DNA of 64,000 bases from a bacterium (lineage in GTDB: Bacteria > JAAXHH01), in assembly GCA_965242885.1 (NCBI GenBank), contig CBDETH010000008.1, positions 2,809,640 through 2,873,639 of the forward strand, given 5' to 3'. The position numbers and the translations under genes are program-made. Positions within the stretch are counted from its first letter, which is position 1, and every line of letters starts with the position of its first letter. Positions 37,588 to 47,617 of the stretch are shown here, piece after piece. The notes beneath the pieces are model-generated. The model was not told the origin of the DNA, did no database searches, and saw nothing but the letters and a program-made list of their open reading frames with translations.

Positions 37588-37709
37588 CCGCTAACCTCGT
37601 CCCAGCCGGCCGCTAACCTCGTCCCAGCCGGCCGCCGCGATCACGCCCATCGGCTCATTGCTTCAATCATCCCCAGCCGGCCGCCGCGATCACGCCCACC
37701 GGCTCATGG
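37588..37709. repeat. 22-bp x2 perfect tandem (ccgctaacctcgtcccagccgg) plus a ~37-bp dispersed duplication of the last codons and stop of mmsA
   Basis: ccgccgcgatcacgcccaYcggctcat occurs at 37632-37658 and again at 37683-37709, the latter containing the mmsA stop. Confidence 0.9.
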
Positions 37710-39156
37710 TGACTTTCTGCCGCGTATAGAAAGCGAAACCTTCCTTGCCCTGGATGTGCAGGTCGCCGAAGAACGAACCGTTCCAGCCCGAGAACGGGAA
37801 GAACGCCATGGGGGCCGGCACGCCCACATTGATGCCCACCATCCCGGCGCTCACCTGGTTCCTGAACGTCCGGGCGGCCCTTCCATCACCCGTGAAAAGG
37901 ACCGCGGCGTTGCCAAAACCGCTCTGGTTGCAGGCCTCGATACCATTCTCGAGGCTTCCGGTGCGGATTACGGAGAGGACCGGACCGAAGATCTCTTCGC
38001 GGACGATCTTCATGTGGGTGGACGCTTCGTCGAAAATCGTGGGACCCAGGTAGAATCCGTCCGGCGTTTCCGGCACCTCGACCCCCCTACCGTCCCGGTA
38101 GAGCGAGGCGCCGTCCGACAGGCCTGAGGCGATGTATCCGTGCACCTTGTCGAGGTGCTGCCGGGTAACCACCGGCCCCATGTCCGCCTCGGGATCCCGG
38201 TCCGTCGGACCGATCTTCATCCCGTCCAGCGCTTCGCGCAGCGGAGGCAGCACGCGCCGGGCCGCGTCATCCACCGTCACCGCCACGCTGCCGGCCATGC
38301 ACCGCTCCCCGGCGCAGCCGTACACCGATCCGATCAGGGCGTCCACCGTGAAATCCGGATCCGCGTCGGGCAGGATGACCATATAGTTCTTGGCGCCGCC
38401 CGCCGCCTGCACGCGCTTGCCGTGGGCCGTCGCGGTCTGGTAGACGTGCCGGGCCACGGGCGACGATCCGACGAAGGAAACGGCATCAATGCCCGGATGG
38501 GTGCAGAGGGCGTTGACCACATCCACGCCACCGTGCACGAGGTTCATCACGCCGGGTGGCAGCCCGGCTTCCTGCAGGAGCTCCACGAGCCGGATAGCGG
38601 TCAGTGGCACCTTCTCCGACGGCTTGAGCACGAAGGTGTTTCCGCAAACAATAGCGATGGGATACATCCACATGGGCACCATCGCGGGGAAGTTGAAGGG
38701 CGTGATCCCCGCGCAGACGCCCACGGGCTGCCGGATGGTGTCGCAATCGATCCCGCTGGCGATCTCTTCCAGTGAGTCGCCCATGAGCAGCGTCGGCGCC
38801 CCGCAGGCAAATTCCACGACCTCGATGCCCCGCCGCACCGAGCCCCTTGCTTCCTCCAGGGTCTTGCCGTGCTCCCGAGTAACCAGCCGCGAAAGTTCCT
38901 CGAAGTGCGACTCGAGCAGATGCACGTACCGGAAAAGTATCCTGGCCCGATCCACGACCGGCGTGGCTGACCAGCCAGGCAGGGCTTCCGTGGCAGCTCG
39001 AACCGCGTCATCGACTTCGGAGGCGCCGCACATGGGCGTCCTCGCGATTACACTCCCGTCCGATGGATTGTAAACCGGTTCCGTGACCGCGTCTGCCGCG
39101 CCGGTCCAATTACCGCCGATGAATAGTGGACATCCGCTCGTTTTCTGATCAGGCAT
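37690..39156 (-). CDS. mmsA: CoA-acylating methylmalonate-semialdehyde dehydrogenase
   Basis: Aldehyde dehydrogenase fold with the catalytic Cys region; the MMSDH-type N-terminus FIGGNWTG...TEPVYNPSDGSVIA; 488 aa. Confidence 0.8.
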   Translation of the reverse strand: MPDQKTSGCPLFIGGNWTGAADAVTEPVYNPSDGSVIARTPMCGASEVDDAVRAATEALPGWSATPVVDRARILFRYVHLLESHFEELSRLVTREHGKTLEEARGSVRRGIEVVEFACGAPTLLMGDSLEEIASGIDCDTIRQPVGVCAGITPFNFPAMVPMWMYPIAIVCGNTFVLKPSEKVPLTAIRLVELLQEAGLPPGVMNLVHGGVDVVNALCTHPGIDAVSFVGSSPVARHVYQTATAHGKRVQAAGGAKNYMVILPDADPDFTVDALIGSVYGCAGERCMAGSVAVTVDDAARRVLPPLREALDGMKIGPTDRDPEADMGPVVTRQHLDKVHGYIASGLSDGASLYRDGRGVEVPETPDGFYLGPTIFDEASTHMKIVREEIFGPVLSVIRTGSLENGIEACNQSGFGNAAVLFTGDGRAARTFRNQVSAGMVGINVGVPAPMAFFPFSGWNGSFFGDLHIQGKEGFAFYTRQKVTMSRWA

Positions 39157-39266
39157 ATGAATCCTCTATGTCTGCCATGGTACGATTTGAATGGGCTGGA
39201 TGATATGGATGATACAGGTGTAACAATAACGTAACTATTACGAATGAATCAACTAAGTCCGGTCGA

Positions 39267-40256
39267 TCAACCCACGGCTTCGGGCCTGCCGCTCTCTGCC
39301 GATTTGTAGGCCGCCTCGGTCAACTGCACGACGCGCAGGCCGCAGACCGGCGGGGCCTGCACATCCGCTTCACCCAGGATGGCCTCGATGAAGTTCTCCG
39401 CCGGCGGCTTGCCCCGGCCCGGAGTCTGCGGCAGCCGGATATCCTCGCCCTTTCGATGGACGAAGAGGGGCTCGGAAGCGCCGAAACGCATCACGCCTTC
39501 GGTGCCGTAGAAGGTGAATTCCTCCCGCCATTCGGGCGACATGGAGGTGTAGGACAGGTTGCCGACGGCGCCGTTCGTGAACTCCACCGAGATGGCCGTA
39601 TTGACGTCGACGAGGGTACCTTCCGGGTTGATGAACGCGTGGACGGTCTTCGGTTCCAGGCCCGTCGTCCACAGCAGGATATCATTGATGTGGCTGCCCG
39701 TGTCCATGAAATGCCCGCCGCCGGACAGTTCGGGATCGGCGCGCCACGAAGCGCCGGGGCTGAAGATCCCCAGGCAGTCCTGGGCGATGATGACGTGGAC
39801 GAGGCGCACGTCGCCGATGACGCCGTCTCCGATCATCTCCCGGGCCTTGATGAACTTCCCCTCGCCGTGGCGCTGGTAGGCGACGGCAAGCACCCGGTCC
39901 GCCCGTTCCGAGTATTCGATGAAGTCCCGCGCGTCGCGCGTCGTCGTCGCCATGGGTTTTTCCACAAGCACGTGCAATTCCGCTTCGAGGCTGGTCCGGA
40001 CCTGGTCCGCGTGGCGGGTATGGGGGGTCGCGATGACGATCCCGTCCAGTCTCTCTGCGTCGATCATCGACTCGAGCGAAGCATAGTGGTTCAAACCCTG
40101 CACGGACGGCCCCAGGGTCTTTTCCAACCGGTTCATCGCGACCGGGTCGGTATCGAACAGAGACACGACCCGGACATCTTCTCGGGCGGACAGCAACCGG
40201 GCGTGGTGGCCGCCCATGCCGCCGGCGCCCGCAATGCCGATACGGAGTGTTTCCAT
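39267..40256 (-). CDS. Gfo/Idh/MocA-family oxidoreductase
   Basis: Rossmann N-terminus IGIAGAGGMGGHHAR; EKP motif (LVEKPMA). Confidence 0.8.
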   Translation of the reverse strand: METLRIGIAGAGGMGGHHARLLSAREDVRVVSLFDTDPVAMNRLEKTLGPSVQGLNHYASLESMIDAERLDGIVIATPHTRHADQVRTSLEAELHVLVEKPMATTTRDARDFIEYSERADRVLAVAYQRHGEGKFIKAREMIGDGVIGDVRLVHVIIAQDCLGIFSPGASWRADPELSGGGHFMDTGSHINDILLWTTGLEPKTVHAFINPEGTLVDVNTAISVEFTNGAVGNLSYTSMSPEWREEFTFYGTEGVMRFGASEPLFVHRKGEDIRLPQTPGRGKPPAENFIEAILGEADVQAPPVCGLRVVQLTEAAYKSAESGRPEAVG

Positions 40257-40470
40257 GTAGCGTGGTCCTCGAGATATACTGGTTCTTCACTGGTTAGGTT
40301 AAATGTAAGCGCCGGACCCGGTCTATGCCGACCGTCACCGGCGATGGTTCACTATAAAAACGGGGCGTTTAAAGATCAAGCAGCAAAATGGAAAGTGCTT
40401 GACATGCGTTCCGCCCGCCTCTTAGGTTGGCCATCGTTGTCCACCTCATTACTCATGCTCGGAAGACCTC

Positions 40471-41826
40471 ATGGAAAACCCGCTGCTTGAATACGTCGGC
40501 AACGTGCAGGCCCTGGTATGGGGATTGCCCCTGCTGGTGCTGCTGGGCGGCACGGGACTCTACCTTACCATACTGTTGAAGGGCGTGCAGTTCCGCTCCC
40601 TGTGGCACGCGCTCTACCTGGCTTTCTTCAGGCGCCGCGAAGCCGGCGCCGAGGGCGATATCAGCCACTTCCAGGCCCTGATGACCGCGCTGGCGGCGAC
40701 CGTCGGTACGGGAAATATCGCGGGCGTGGCCACCGCCATCGCGGCCGGGGGGCCCGGCGCGCTCTTCTGGATGTGGATGACGGGCCTGGTGGGCATGGCG
40801 ACGAAATACTCGGAAGCGGTCCTGTCGGTCAAGTACCGCGAGACGGATTCGAAGGGGCTCATGAAGGGCGGCCCCATGTACTACATCTCCAATGCCATGG
40901 GCTGGAAGTGGATGGGTGGCGCCTACGCGCTGTTCGCGGCGCTTGCGGCCTTCGGCATCGGCAACATGACCCAGTCGAATTCCATGGCCGACGTGCTCCA
41001 GAGCAGCTTCGGCGTGGACCCCTGGATCACCGGTATCGTCCTGATGATCGGCACGGGCCTGGTCCTGATCGGAGGGATCAAGAGCATCGGCCGGGCGGCC
41101 AGCCTGATCGTCCCCACGATGATCGTACTGTACATCCTCGGCGGACTGACCGCCATTCTGATGAACGCCTCGGCGATCCCGGGCATCTTCGAACTCGTGG
41201 TCACCCACGCCTTCACGCCCGCCGCGGCCGCCGGGGGCTTCGCGGGCGCGATGGTCCGTCAGGCGGTCCAGTTCGGTGTGGCCAGGGGCATCTTCTCCAA
41301 CGAATCCGGTCTGGGCAGCGCGGGCATCGCCGCCGCGGCCGCCCAGACGAAGGATCCGGTCACCCAGGCCCTGGTATCCATGACCCAGACCTTCATCGAC
41401 ACCCTGGTCGTCTGCACGATCACGGGTTTCACCATTATCGGTACGGGTGTCTGGCTGTCGGGCGACACGGGTGCGCCGCTCACCGCGGCGGCCTTCACCA
41501 GCGGCCTGCCTGGCGGTTTCGGGGGATACCTGGTCGCCGTGGGCCTGGTGCTGTTCGCCTACTCGACGATCCTGGGCTGGAGCTACTACGGTGAGAAATC
41601 CGTCGTATACCTGCTTGGCGAACGCTCCGCATTGCCTTACCGCATGCTGTTCTGCCTCTTCGTGGGGGTCGGCGCCGTGTCGGAACTGGAACTGGTCTGG
41701 GGAGTCTCCGATATCATGAACGGCCTCATGGCATTCCCCAACCTGGTCGCCCTGCTCTTCCTTTCTCCCATCGTCGCCGCGGAAACCCGGCGGTACTTCG
41801 GCAGACATGACGCGAAGACAGCATAG
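40471..41826 (+). CDS. Alanine/glycine:cation symporter (AGCS) family transporter
   Basis: N-terminus [33 protein letters not shown] and the [22 protein letters not shown] block are diagnostic of AGCS. Confidence 0.85.
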   Translation: MENPLLEYVGNVQALVWGLPLLVLLGGTGLYLTILLKGVQFRSLWHALYLAFFRRREAGAEGDISHFQALMTALAATVGTGNIAGVATAIAAGGPGALFWMWMTGLVGMATKYSEAVLSVKYRETDSKGLMKGGPMYYISNAMGWKWMGGAYALFAALAAFGIGNMTQSNSMADVLQSSFGVDPWITGIVLMIGTGLVLIGGIKSIGRAASLIVPTMIVLYILGGLTAILMNASAIPGIFELVVTHAFTPAAAAGGFAGAMVRQAVQFGVARGIFSNESGLGSAGIAAAAAQTKDPVTQALVSMTQTFIDTLVVCTITGFTIIGTGVWLSGDTGAPLTAAAFTSGLPGGFGGYLVAVGLVLFAYSTILGWSYYGEKSVVYLLGERSALPYRMLFCLFVGVGAVSELELVWGVSDIMNGLMAFPNLVALLFLSPIVAAETRRYFGRHDAKTA

Positions 41827-42019
41827 ACGGATATTCTGGATACTCGTGGTCGTGCTGGCCGCGCTCCACGTCGATTTCTTCAACCACGGCGTCTCCCCGC
41901 CACCACTGTTCGGCTGGCTTCCCGTAGACCTGGCCTACCACATCGTCTGGGTAATCGCCGCCGCCGCATTCGTCCTCTACTTCACCCGATACGTCTGGCG
42001 GGACTGCGATGAGTCCTGA
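41807..42019 (+). CDS. Small DUF3311-like membrane protein associated with a Na+/solute symporter
   Basis: 70 aa with two TM helices; overlaps the end of the AGCS gene and the start of the SSS gene. Placement immediately upstream of an SSS transporter is typical of DUF3311. Confidence 0.5.
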   Translation: MTRRQHRRIFWILVVVLAALHVDFFNHGVSPPPLFGWLPVDLAYHIVWVIAAAAFVLYFTRYVWRDCDES

Positions 42020-43478
42020 AGCGACCATTCTCGTCGTGGTGGTGGTTTATTTCACCGTGGTGCTGGGCATCGGCGCCGCTGCGTTCCGCCGGTCCCAGCC
42101 GACGGCCGAAGACTACTTTCTCGGAGGCCGCCTCGCCCGGTCGCTCGTCATGTTCATGGCCCTCTTCGGCACGAACATCACGCCCTTCCTGATCATGGGT
42201 ATTTCGGGCCTGGCCTACCATCACGGATACGGGGTGTTCGGCTACACGGCGGCCATGGCGGCCCTGATCATTCCCGTCGCCTACTACGTCATCGGCTACC
42301 CTGCCTGGATCGCTTCCCGGAAACTGAAGGCCGTGACACCGGCCGAACTCCTTGCGCGCCGGCTCGACAGCCCCAACCTCGGCCGCCTGCTCTTCGTGGT
42401 GTACTTCGTCTTCATGCTGCCCTACCTGTCCACCGGCGTCGCCGGCGTGGGACTGGCCGTCGACGTGTTCACCCAGCAGGCGATTTCCTTCGAAGTCGCC
42501 GCGGCCGGCATCCTGGTCATCACGCTGCTCTACACCACCACGGGCGGCATGCGGGCGACCATGTGGACCAACGTCTTCCAGGGCCTCGTCTTCGGCGTGT
42601 TCCTCTATGTATCGATCTTCGTCGTCGCGGCCGATTTCGGCGGCGTCTCGGGCGTCATGCAGGAAGTCGCCCGGCGGTTCCCGGAGCTCACGGTCACGAA
42701 AGACACGCCGCCCTTCACGACGGGCAACTGGTTCGTATGGGGCATGTCCATGGGGCTGGTCGTCCTCGCCTTTCCCCATCTGCTGGTGCGCGTATTCGCC
42801 GCGAAGGACGTGAAATCGCTGAAGAACTCCATCCGGTACTATCCCATCATCATGATCGGGTTGATGCTGGTGGCCACGCTCTACGGCGTGTGGGGACGCA
42901 TCGAATTCCCGGATTTCGTGGGCCGGGATTCCGACATGGTCTTCCCCATGGTGATCCGCAGCCACTTCGGCCCCCTGATCCAGGGACTCGCACTGGCCGG
43001 GATCCTGGCGGCGGTCATGTCCACCCTGGACGCCCAGATGCTGACCCTTTCGTCCATGCTCACCCGCGACGTGTGGTACGGGCTGTCCCAGCGAAGACAG
43101 GTCGTGCTGGGCCGGCTGTTCCTCGTCATACTCGGCGCGATCGCCTACTACATCGTGATCCTCCGGCCGGCCTCCATTTTCGCCCTGGCCCAGCTGTCCT
43201 TCTCCGGTTTCGTCACGTTGACCCCTATATGGCTGCTCGGTCTGCACTGGAGACGTTTCACGGCCACGGGCGCCATCACGGCCATCATCGCTGGGAACGC
43301 TGTGCTCGTCGCCATGTTCTACGAATGGCTGCCGAACCCGGGCCTCATGCCCGTCGCATGGAGTTTCATGGCCACGTCTATTGTGGGCGTCTTGGTGTCG
43401 CTCTTCACGTCCCCGCCGCCCGAATCGGTTACCGATCCCGTGATGACCCCGATCCGGCAAGCCATGGGGGATGGTTGA
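42009..43478 (+). CDS. Sodium:solute symporter (SSS) family transporter
   Basis: 13-TM topology with the SSS family N-terminal pattern (GGRLARSLVMFMALFGTNITPF). Confidence 0.8.
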   Translation: MSPEATILVVVVVYFTVVLGIGAAAFRRSQPTAEDYFLGGRLARSLVMFMALFGTNITPFLIMGISGLAYHHGYGVFGYTAAMAALIIPVAYYVIGYPAWIASRKLKAVTPAELLARRLDSPNLGRLLFVVYFVFMLPYLSTGVAGVGLAVDVFTQQAISFEVAAAGILVITLLYTTTGGMRATMWTNVFQGLVFGVFLYVSIFVVAADFGGVSGVMQEVARRFPELTVTKDTPPFTTGNWFVWGMSMGLVVLAFPHLLVRVFAAKDVKSLKNSIRYYPIIMIGLMLVATLYGVWGRIEFPDFVGRDSDMVFPMVIRSHFGPLIQGLALAGILAAVMSTLDAQMLTLSSMLTRDVWYGLSQRRQVVLGRLFLVILGAIAYYIVILRPASIFALAQLSFSGFVTLTPIWLLGLHWRRFTATGAITAIIAGNAVLVAMFYEWLPNPGLMPVAWSFMATSIVGVLVSLFTSPPPESVTDPVMTPIRQAMGDG

Positions 43479-44793
43479 GCGTATGAGCCACCTCGGCAAG
43501 GCACCCCTGATCTTCGGCCTGCTCTTCCTCCTGGCCTTTCCCGTCATCGTGTTCCGCGGCGATGACCGCTCGGACACCCTGGAGTTCTGGATCTTCGCGC
43601 AGACGCACTACGATGAGTTCAGCGCCAGGATCCCGGCCTTCGAGGCGGCACATCCCGGCGTCAAGGTCGAACTTCGACTGATCTCGAAACTGCACGACAA
43701 GCTCCTGGCCGCCTTCCTGTCCGGCATCGGCGGACCCGATCTGTCCGAAGTCGAGATCTCATCGGTCGGCAGGTTCTTCAAGGGCACGAAGGAGGAAATC
43801 GGCTTCGTGGACCTGACCGACCGCATCGAGCGCGAAGGGATCTCGGATGAGTTCGTCCAGGCGCGCCTCGCACCCTGGTCCCTGGGCGGCCGGGTATACG
43901 GCCTGCCCCGGGATGTCCATCCCGTCATGCTCCTGTACCGTCACGACGTGTACGAGGAAGCGGGGATCGATCCGGTATCCATCGAAACCTGGGACGATTT
44001 CGTCCGCGAGACGAGACCCCTCGCCCGCGACGACGACGGAGACGGTCGGCCCGATCGCTACCCGATCATGCTGAGCGCGCACAAGCCCGGTCATTTCTGG
44101 CTATTGCTCCTGCAGAACGGAGGCGGCATGTTCGATGAGAATGGCGGTATCATCATCGACAACGACATTGCCGTTGCCACCCTGGAATTCTACTGCAGCC
44201 TGCTCAACGAGGCGCAGCTGGCCATCCCCGAATTCTCCCAGGACCCGGCCAGCTACGCCGCCATGAAGGAAGGCGTTATTCTGGGCGTGCTGGCACCAGA
44301 CTGGTACATCAGTTTCGTACGGAGGTTCGTCCCGGAACTGGAAGGAAAATGGCGGGCCATGCCCCTGCCGGCCTGGCGGGAAGGCGAGCGCCGCACTTCG
44401 ACCTGGGGCGGCACCATGATCGCGGTCACCAGACAGGCCGAGAACCCGGACCTCGCCTGGGAATTCGCCAAGTTCGCCTACATGGACGACGAGGCCCTCG
44501 CGAACCGTTACCGCAAGACCTTTATCATCCCGCCGATCCGTTCGGCGTGGTCCAACCCGGTGTACGGCGAGTCCGAGACGTACCTGGACGGGCAGGTCCT
44601 GGGCAGAAGCCTTACGGAACTGGCGCCCGACATCCCCGGATTCCACCTGAACCCCTATTGGGCCGAGGCCAACGATCTGCTGCGGCTGGCTGTGTACGAA
44701 GCCGCCAATGGGATTCGGACGCCCGCCGATGCGCTGTCCCACCTGGCAGAGCAGGTCCGCGCGCTGCGGGATAACACAGCAGAGACCGAATGA
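43471..44793 (+). CDS. ABC transporter extracellular solute-binding protein (family 1, carbohydrate)
   Basis: Signal peptide, 440 aa, SBP_bac_1-like composition; overlaps the SSS gene stop and precedes two ABC permeases. Confidence 0.75.
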   Translation: MVERMSHLGKAPLIFGLLFLLAFPVIVFRGDDRSDTLEFWIFAQTHYDEFSARIPAFEAAHPGVKVELRLISKLHDKLLAAFLSGIGGPDLSEVEISSVGRFFKGTKEEIGFVDLTDRIEREGISDEFVQARLAPWSLGGRVYGLPRDVHPVMLLYRHDVYEEAGIDPVSIETWDDFVRETRPLARDDDGDGRPDRYPIMLSAHKPGHFWLLLLQNGGGMFDENGGIIIDNDIAVATLEFYCSLLNEAQLAIPEFSQDPASYAAMKEGVILGVLAPDWYISFVRRFVPELEGKWRAMPLPAWREGERRTSTWGGTMIAVTRQAENPDLAWEFAKFAYMDDEALANRYRKTFIIPPIRSAWSNPVYGESETYLDGQVLGRSLTELAPDIPGFHLNPYWAEANDLLRLAVYEAANGIRTPADALSHLAEQVRALRDNTAETE

Positions 44794-45641
44794 AGCCCCG
44801 GTACGCCCCCTACTTCTTCCTCGCGCCATTCTTCGCGCTCTTCGGGGTCTTCATGGTCTACCCCCTGTTCGATTCGATCCGTCTTAGCACGTACAGTGTC
44901 CGGGGCATGCAGAACCAGACCTTCGTGGGCCTCGAGAACATCGAACGCCTGATCGCCGACCCGCTCTTCTGGACCGCCCTCTGGAACACGGCCTATTTCG
45001 CCGCGGGCAGCCTGCTCCTGCAATTGCCCGTGGCCCTGGCCCTCGCCCTGCTCCTCAGCAACGCCCGCCTGAAAGGCCGGAACCTGTTCCGCCTTTCCTT
45101 CTTCTCGCCGGTGCTGATCTCCGGCGTGTTCATCGCCGTGATCTTCTACCTCCTGTACGACCGGCGCTACGGCCTGGTGAACCAGGCCCTCGGTTCCGAG
45201 ATCCCGTGGCTTCAGGACCCCGACCTGGTCATGCCCGCCCTTGTGCTGGCGGGCGTATGGCGATGGGCGGGATTCAACATGGTCTACTTCCTCGCCGGGC
45301 TTCAGAGTATCCGCCAGGAGCTCTACGAAGCTGCGGCGGTGGACGGCGCGGGACCCTGGCAGAGCTTCGTGCATGTGACGATCCCCGCGCTGAAGCCCGT
45401 TATCGCCTTCGTGGTCATCACCTCCATGATCGGCTCGTTCCAGCTCTTCGACCTGCCCTACGTGCTCACGGAGGGCGGACCGGGCAACGCGAGCATGACC
45501 ATGGTGATGTACCTGTACAAGCACGGATTCGAGTTCATCAACCTCGGCTACGCGGCGACCATCGGCTGGGCGCTGGCCGTGATCATCGGGATCATTTCCA
45601 TCATCCAGGTTCGGTTCTTCGGCGTATTCAGAGAAAACTGA
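44790..45641 (+). CDS. Carbohydrate ABC transporter permease (MalF/UgpA-like)
   Basis: Six TM segments; EAA-like loop YEAAAVDGAGPWQSFVHVTIPALKP. Confidence 0.85.
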   Translation: MKPRYAPYFFLAPFFALFGVFMVYPLFDSIRLSTYSVRGMQNQTFVGLENIERLIADPLFWTALWNTAYFAAGSLLLQLPVALALALLLSNARLKGRNLFRLSFFSPVLISGVFIAVIFYLLYDRRYGLVNQALGSEIPWLQDPDLVMPALVLAGVWRWAGFNMVYFLAGLQSIRQELYEAAAVDGAGPWQSFVHVTIPALKPVIAFVVITSMIGSFQLFDLPYVLTEGGPGNASMTMVMYLYKHGFEFINLGYAATIGWALAVIIGIISIIQVRFFGVFREN

Positions 45642-45645
45642 CACC

Positions 45646-46470
45646 ATGAGAAACCCTGTTCGCACCACGATCACCTATGTGCTCCTGATCCTGCTGACCG
45701 TCCTGGTCCTGACGCCGCTGTTCTGGGTGGTATCGGCTTCCTTCAAGCCGTCGGGCGAGATCTTCTCCTACCCGCCCACCTTTCTGCCCCAGGATCCAAC
45801 GCTCGAGAACTTCACCCGGCTGTTCCAGGAAATGCCGATCATCCAGTACGTCGTCAACAGCACCTTCCTGGCGACCTCGCACACGCTGCTGCTCCTCGCT
45901 ATCGCCACCATGGGCGGGTTCGCCTTCGCCAAGTACTCGTTCCGGGGCCGCGGCGTCCTCTTCGCCATCGTCCTCGCCTCCATGATGATCCCCTTTCACC
46001 TGGTGCTGGTGCCCCTCTTCACCCTGTTGTACCAGTTCGGCTGGCTCGACACCTACCAGGGTGTGATCCTGCCTTACCTGGCATCCAGCGGATTCGGCGT
46101 GTTTCTCATGCGGCAGTTCATACTCGGCGTGCCCTCGGATCTGCTCGATGCGGCGCGGATCGACGGCACCTCCGAATTCGGTATCTACTGGCGCGTCATC
46201 ATCCCGGCCGTGAAGCCGGCCATGGGCGCCCTGAGCATTTTCGGGTTCCTGGGGGCCTGGAACGAGTTTCTCTGGCCCATGATCGTGCTGCGGGACGCGG
46301 CCAAGTATACCCTGCCCCTCGGCCTGGCCAGCCTGGTGGGCGTCTACCGTCAGGAATACGGCATGCTCATGGCCGGTACGCTGCTTTCCATCCTGCCCAT
46401 CATGGCCCTTTTCCTGGCGATGCAGCGGGAGTTCGTGCAGGGGATTACGCTGGGAGCGGTGAAGGAGTAG
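45646..46470 (+). CDS. Carbohydrate ABC transporter permease (MalG/UgpE-like)
   Basis: Six TM segments; EAA loop LLDAARIDGTSEFGIYWRVIIPAVKPA. Confidence 0.85.
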   Translation: MRNPVRTTITYVLLILLTVLVLTPLFWVVSASFKPSGEIFSYPPTFLPQDPTLENFTRLFQEMPIIQYVVNSTFLATSHTLLLLAIATMGGFAFAKYSFRGRGVLFAIVLASMMIPFHLVLVPLFTLLYQFGWLDTYQGVILPYLASSGFGVFLMRQFILGVPSDLLDAARIDGTSEFGIYWRVIIPAVKPAMGALSIFGFLGAWNEFLWPMIVLRDAAKYTLPLGLASLVGVYRQEYGMLMAGTLLSILPIMALFLAMQREFVQGITLGAVKE

Positions 46471-46581
46471 AGGTGGTGTGGGTGTGTTGGTGTAAAGTCG
46501 TAGAGGTGGCCGGAACAGTTTATTCTCCGGATTTGAACGAAATTTGAACGGAATGTGAACGGTACTTGCTACTCAAAAGCG

Positions 46582-46609
46582 TTGACGAGTGGCGTAATGG
46601 TTTACTATT
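46582..46609 (+). promoter_or_regulatory. Sigma70-like promoter: TTGACG-N16-TACTAT upstream of the methyltransferase, in an AT-rich region with repeated TTTGAACG-like motifs
   Basis: Direct reading. Confidence 0.4.
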
Positions 46610-46687
46610 TGAACGATTTGCGAGAGGATGAGTCCAAACCTGTGCTTGTATGTGCAAATAGAAGGATGGAAAGGAGAAGTATCCGAA

Positions 46688-47521
46688 ATGACGGATCAAG
46701 ACCGCGATCGGCAATACACGATGGGACGCAGCGACGAAGAGACGGAACGCCTGATCGAGCAGTCCCGGCTCTTAAGGCCGATCACGGAGCGGTTTCTGCA
46801 ATCGGCCGGCCTGACACGGGGCATGCGGGTCCTCGACATCGGCAGCGGCGCGGGCGACGTGGCCCTGGTCGCGGCGGAACTCGTAGGTCCCGAAGGGGAA
46901 GTCGTGGGCGTGGACATGAATCCGGAGATCCTGGAGACCGCCCGGGAACGGGTCCGGCAGGCGGGGCACCGTAACGTGGAGTTCAAAGCCGGCGACGTGC
47001 ATACCCTGGACACGGGCGGCGATTTCGACGCCCTGATCGGAAGACTGGTGCTCATGTACCTGCCCGATCCCGTGGCCACACTCAAACAACTCGTAACCCG
47101 ATTGCGCCCCCGCGGTCTCGTCGTCTTCCAGGAGATCGATTTCACGATGACCCGGTCGTACAGTAACGAGGATACTCCGCTCATGCGCCAGTTGGTCGAT
47201 TGGATCGTGGAGGTATTCGAGCGATCCGGGGCGAACCCCAACATGGGACTGGATCTGCACCGGGTGTTCATCGAGGCGGGCCTGCCCGAACCTACCCTGG
47301 ACGCGGGCATGCTTCTGGGCGGGTCCGCCGACTGGCCGGGATATTCGTACGTCGCGAATTCCTTCCGAAGCGTCGTTCCACTCCTGGAACACTACGGGAT
47401 CGCAACCGCCGAAGAGGTGGACATTGACACCATTCCCCAGCGGGTCCGGGAGGAAATCGTCGCGGCGAAACGTCCCGTGGTTATTCCGCCGCATATTGGG
47501 GCGTGGGCGACGAAAGTGTGA
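46688..47521 (+). CDS. Class I SAM-dependent methyltransferase
   Basis: Motif I VLDIGSGAGDV; motif post-I VGVDMNPE; ATG at 46688 (the ORF track start at 46628 is upstream). Confidence 0.8.
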   Translation: MTDQDRDRQYTMGRSDEETERLIEQSRLLRPITERFLQSAGLTRGMRVLDIGSGAGDVALVAAELVGPEGEVVGVDMNPEILETARERVRQAGHRNVEFKAGDVHTLDTGGDFDALIGRLVLMYLPDPVATLKQLVTRLRPRGLVVFQEIDFTMTRSYSNEDTPLMRQLVDWIVEVFERSGANPNMGLDLHRVFIEAGLPEPTLDAGMLLGGSADWPGYSYVANSFRSVVPLLEHYGIATAEEVDIDTIPQRVREEIVAAKRPVVIPPHIGAWATKV

Positions 47522-47557
47522 AAATCAAAAGCGCCGCTTTCGATTTTCACATTTGTT
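47517..47557 (+). terminator. Hairpin TGTGAAAATC-N15-GATTTTCACA followed by TTTGTT, overlapping the methyltransferase stop codon
   Basis: Perfect 10-bp inverted repeat read directly; T-rich tail. Confidence 0.4.
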
Positions 47558-47565
47558 ACGACATA

Positions 47566-47592
47566 CCGAGGTCGGAGATGGAGATACCTCGG
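47566..47592 (+). promoter_or_regulatory. Inverted repeat CCGAGGT-N13-ACCTCGG upstream of the HigA-like gene (candidate operator)
   Basis: Direct reading; 26-44 nt upstream of candidate higA starts. Confidence 0.3.
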
Positions 47593-47617
47593 ATAGGGAA
47601 TTGAACAACACTTAGGA

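Noticed and set aside
40290-40470. Glycine riboswitch upstream of the alanine/glycine symporter gene
   Set aside because: No GGAGAG...ACCGAAGGGGCAA-type conserved cores are visible. Only a TTGACA-like promoter was found.
47517-47551. TGTGA...TCACA palindrome as a CRP/FNR-type binding site
   Set aside because: The half-sites are 25 bp apart instead of the 6 bp required for CRP. It fits a stop-codon-overlapping terminator hairpin better.
47424-47615. 63-aa basic ORF upstream of higA as a HigB toxin
   Set aside because: It overlaps the methyltransferase 3' end and the terminator hairpin, has no RelE/HigB-like motifs, and is mostly Arg/Gly-rich.
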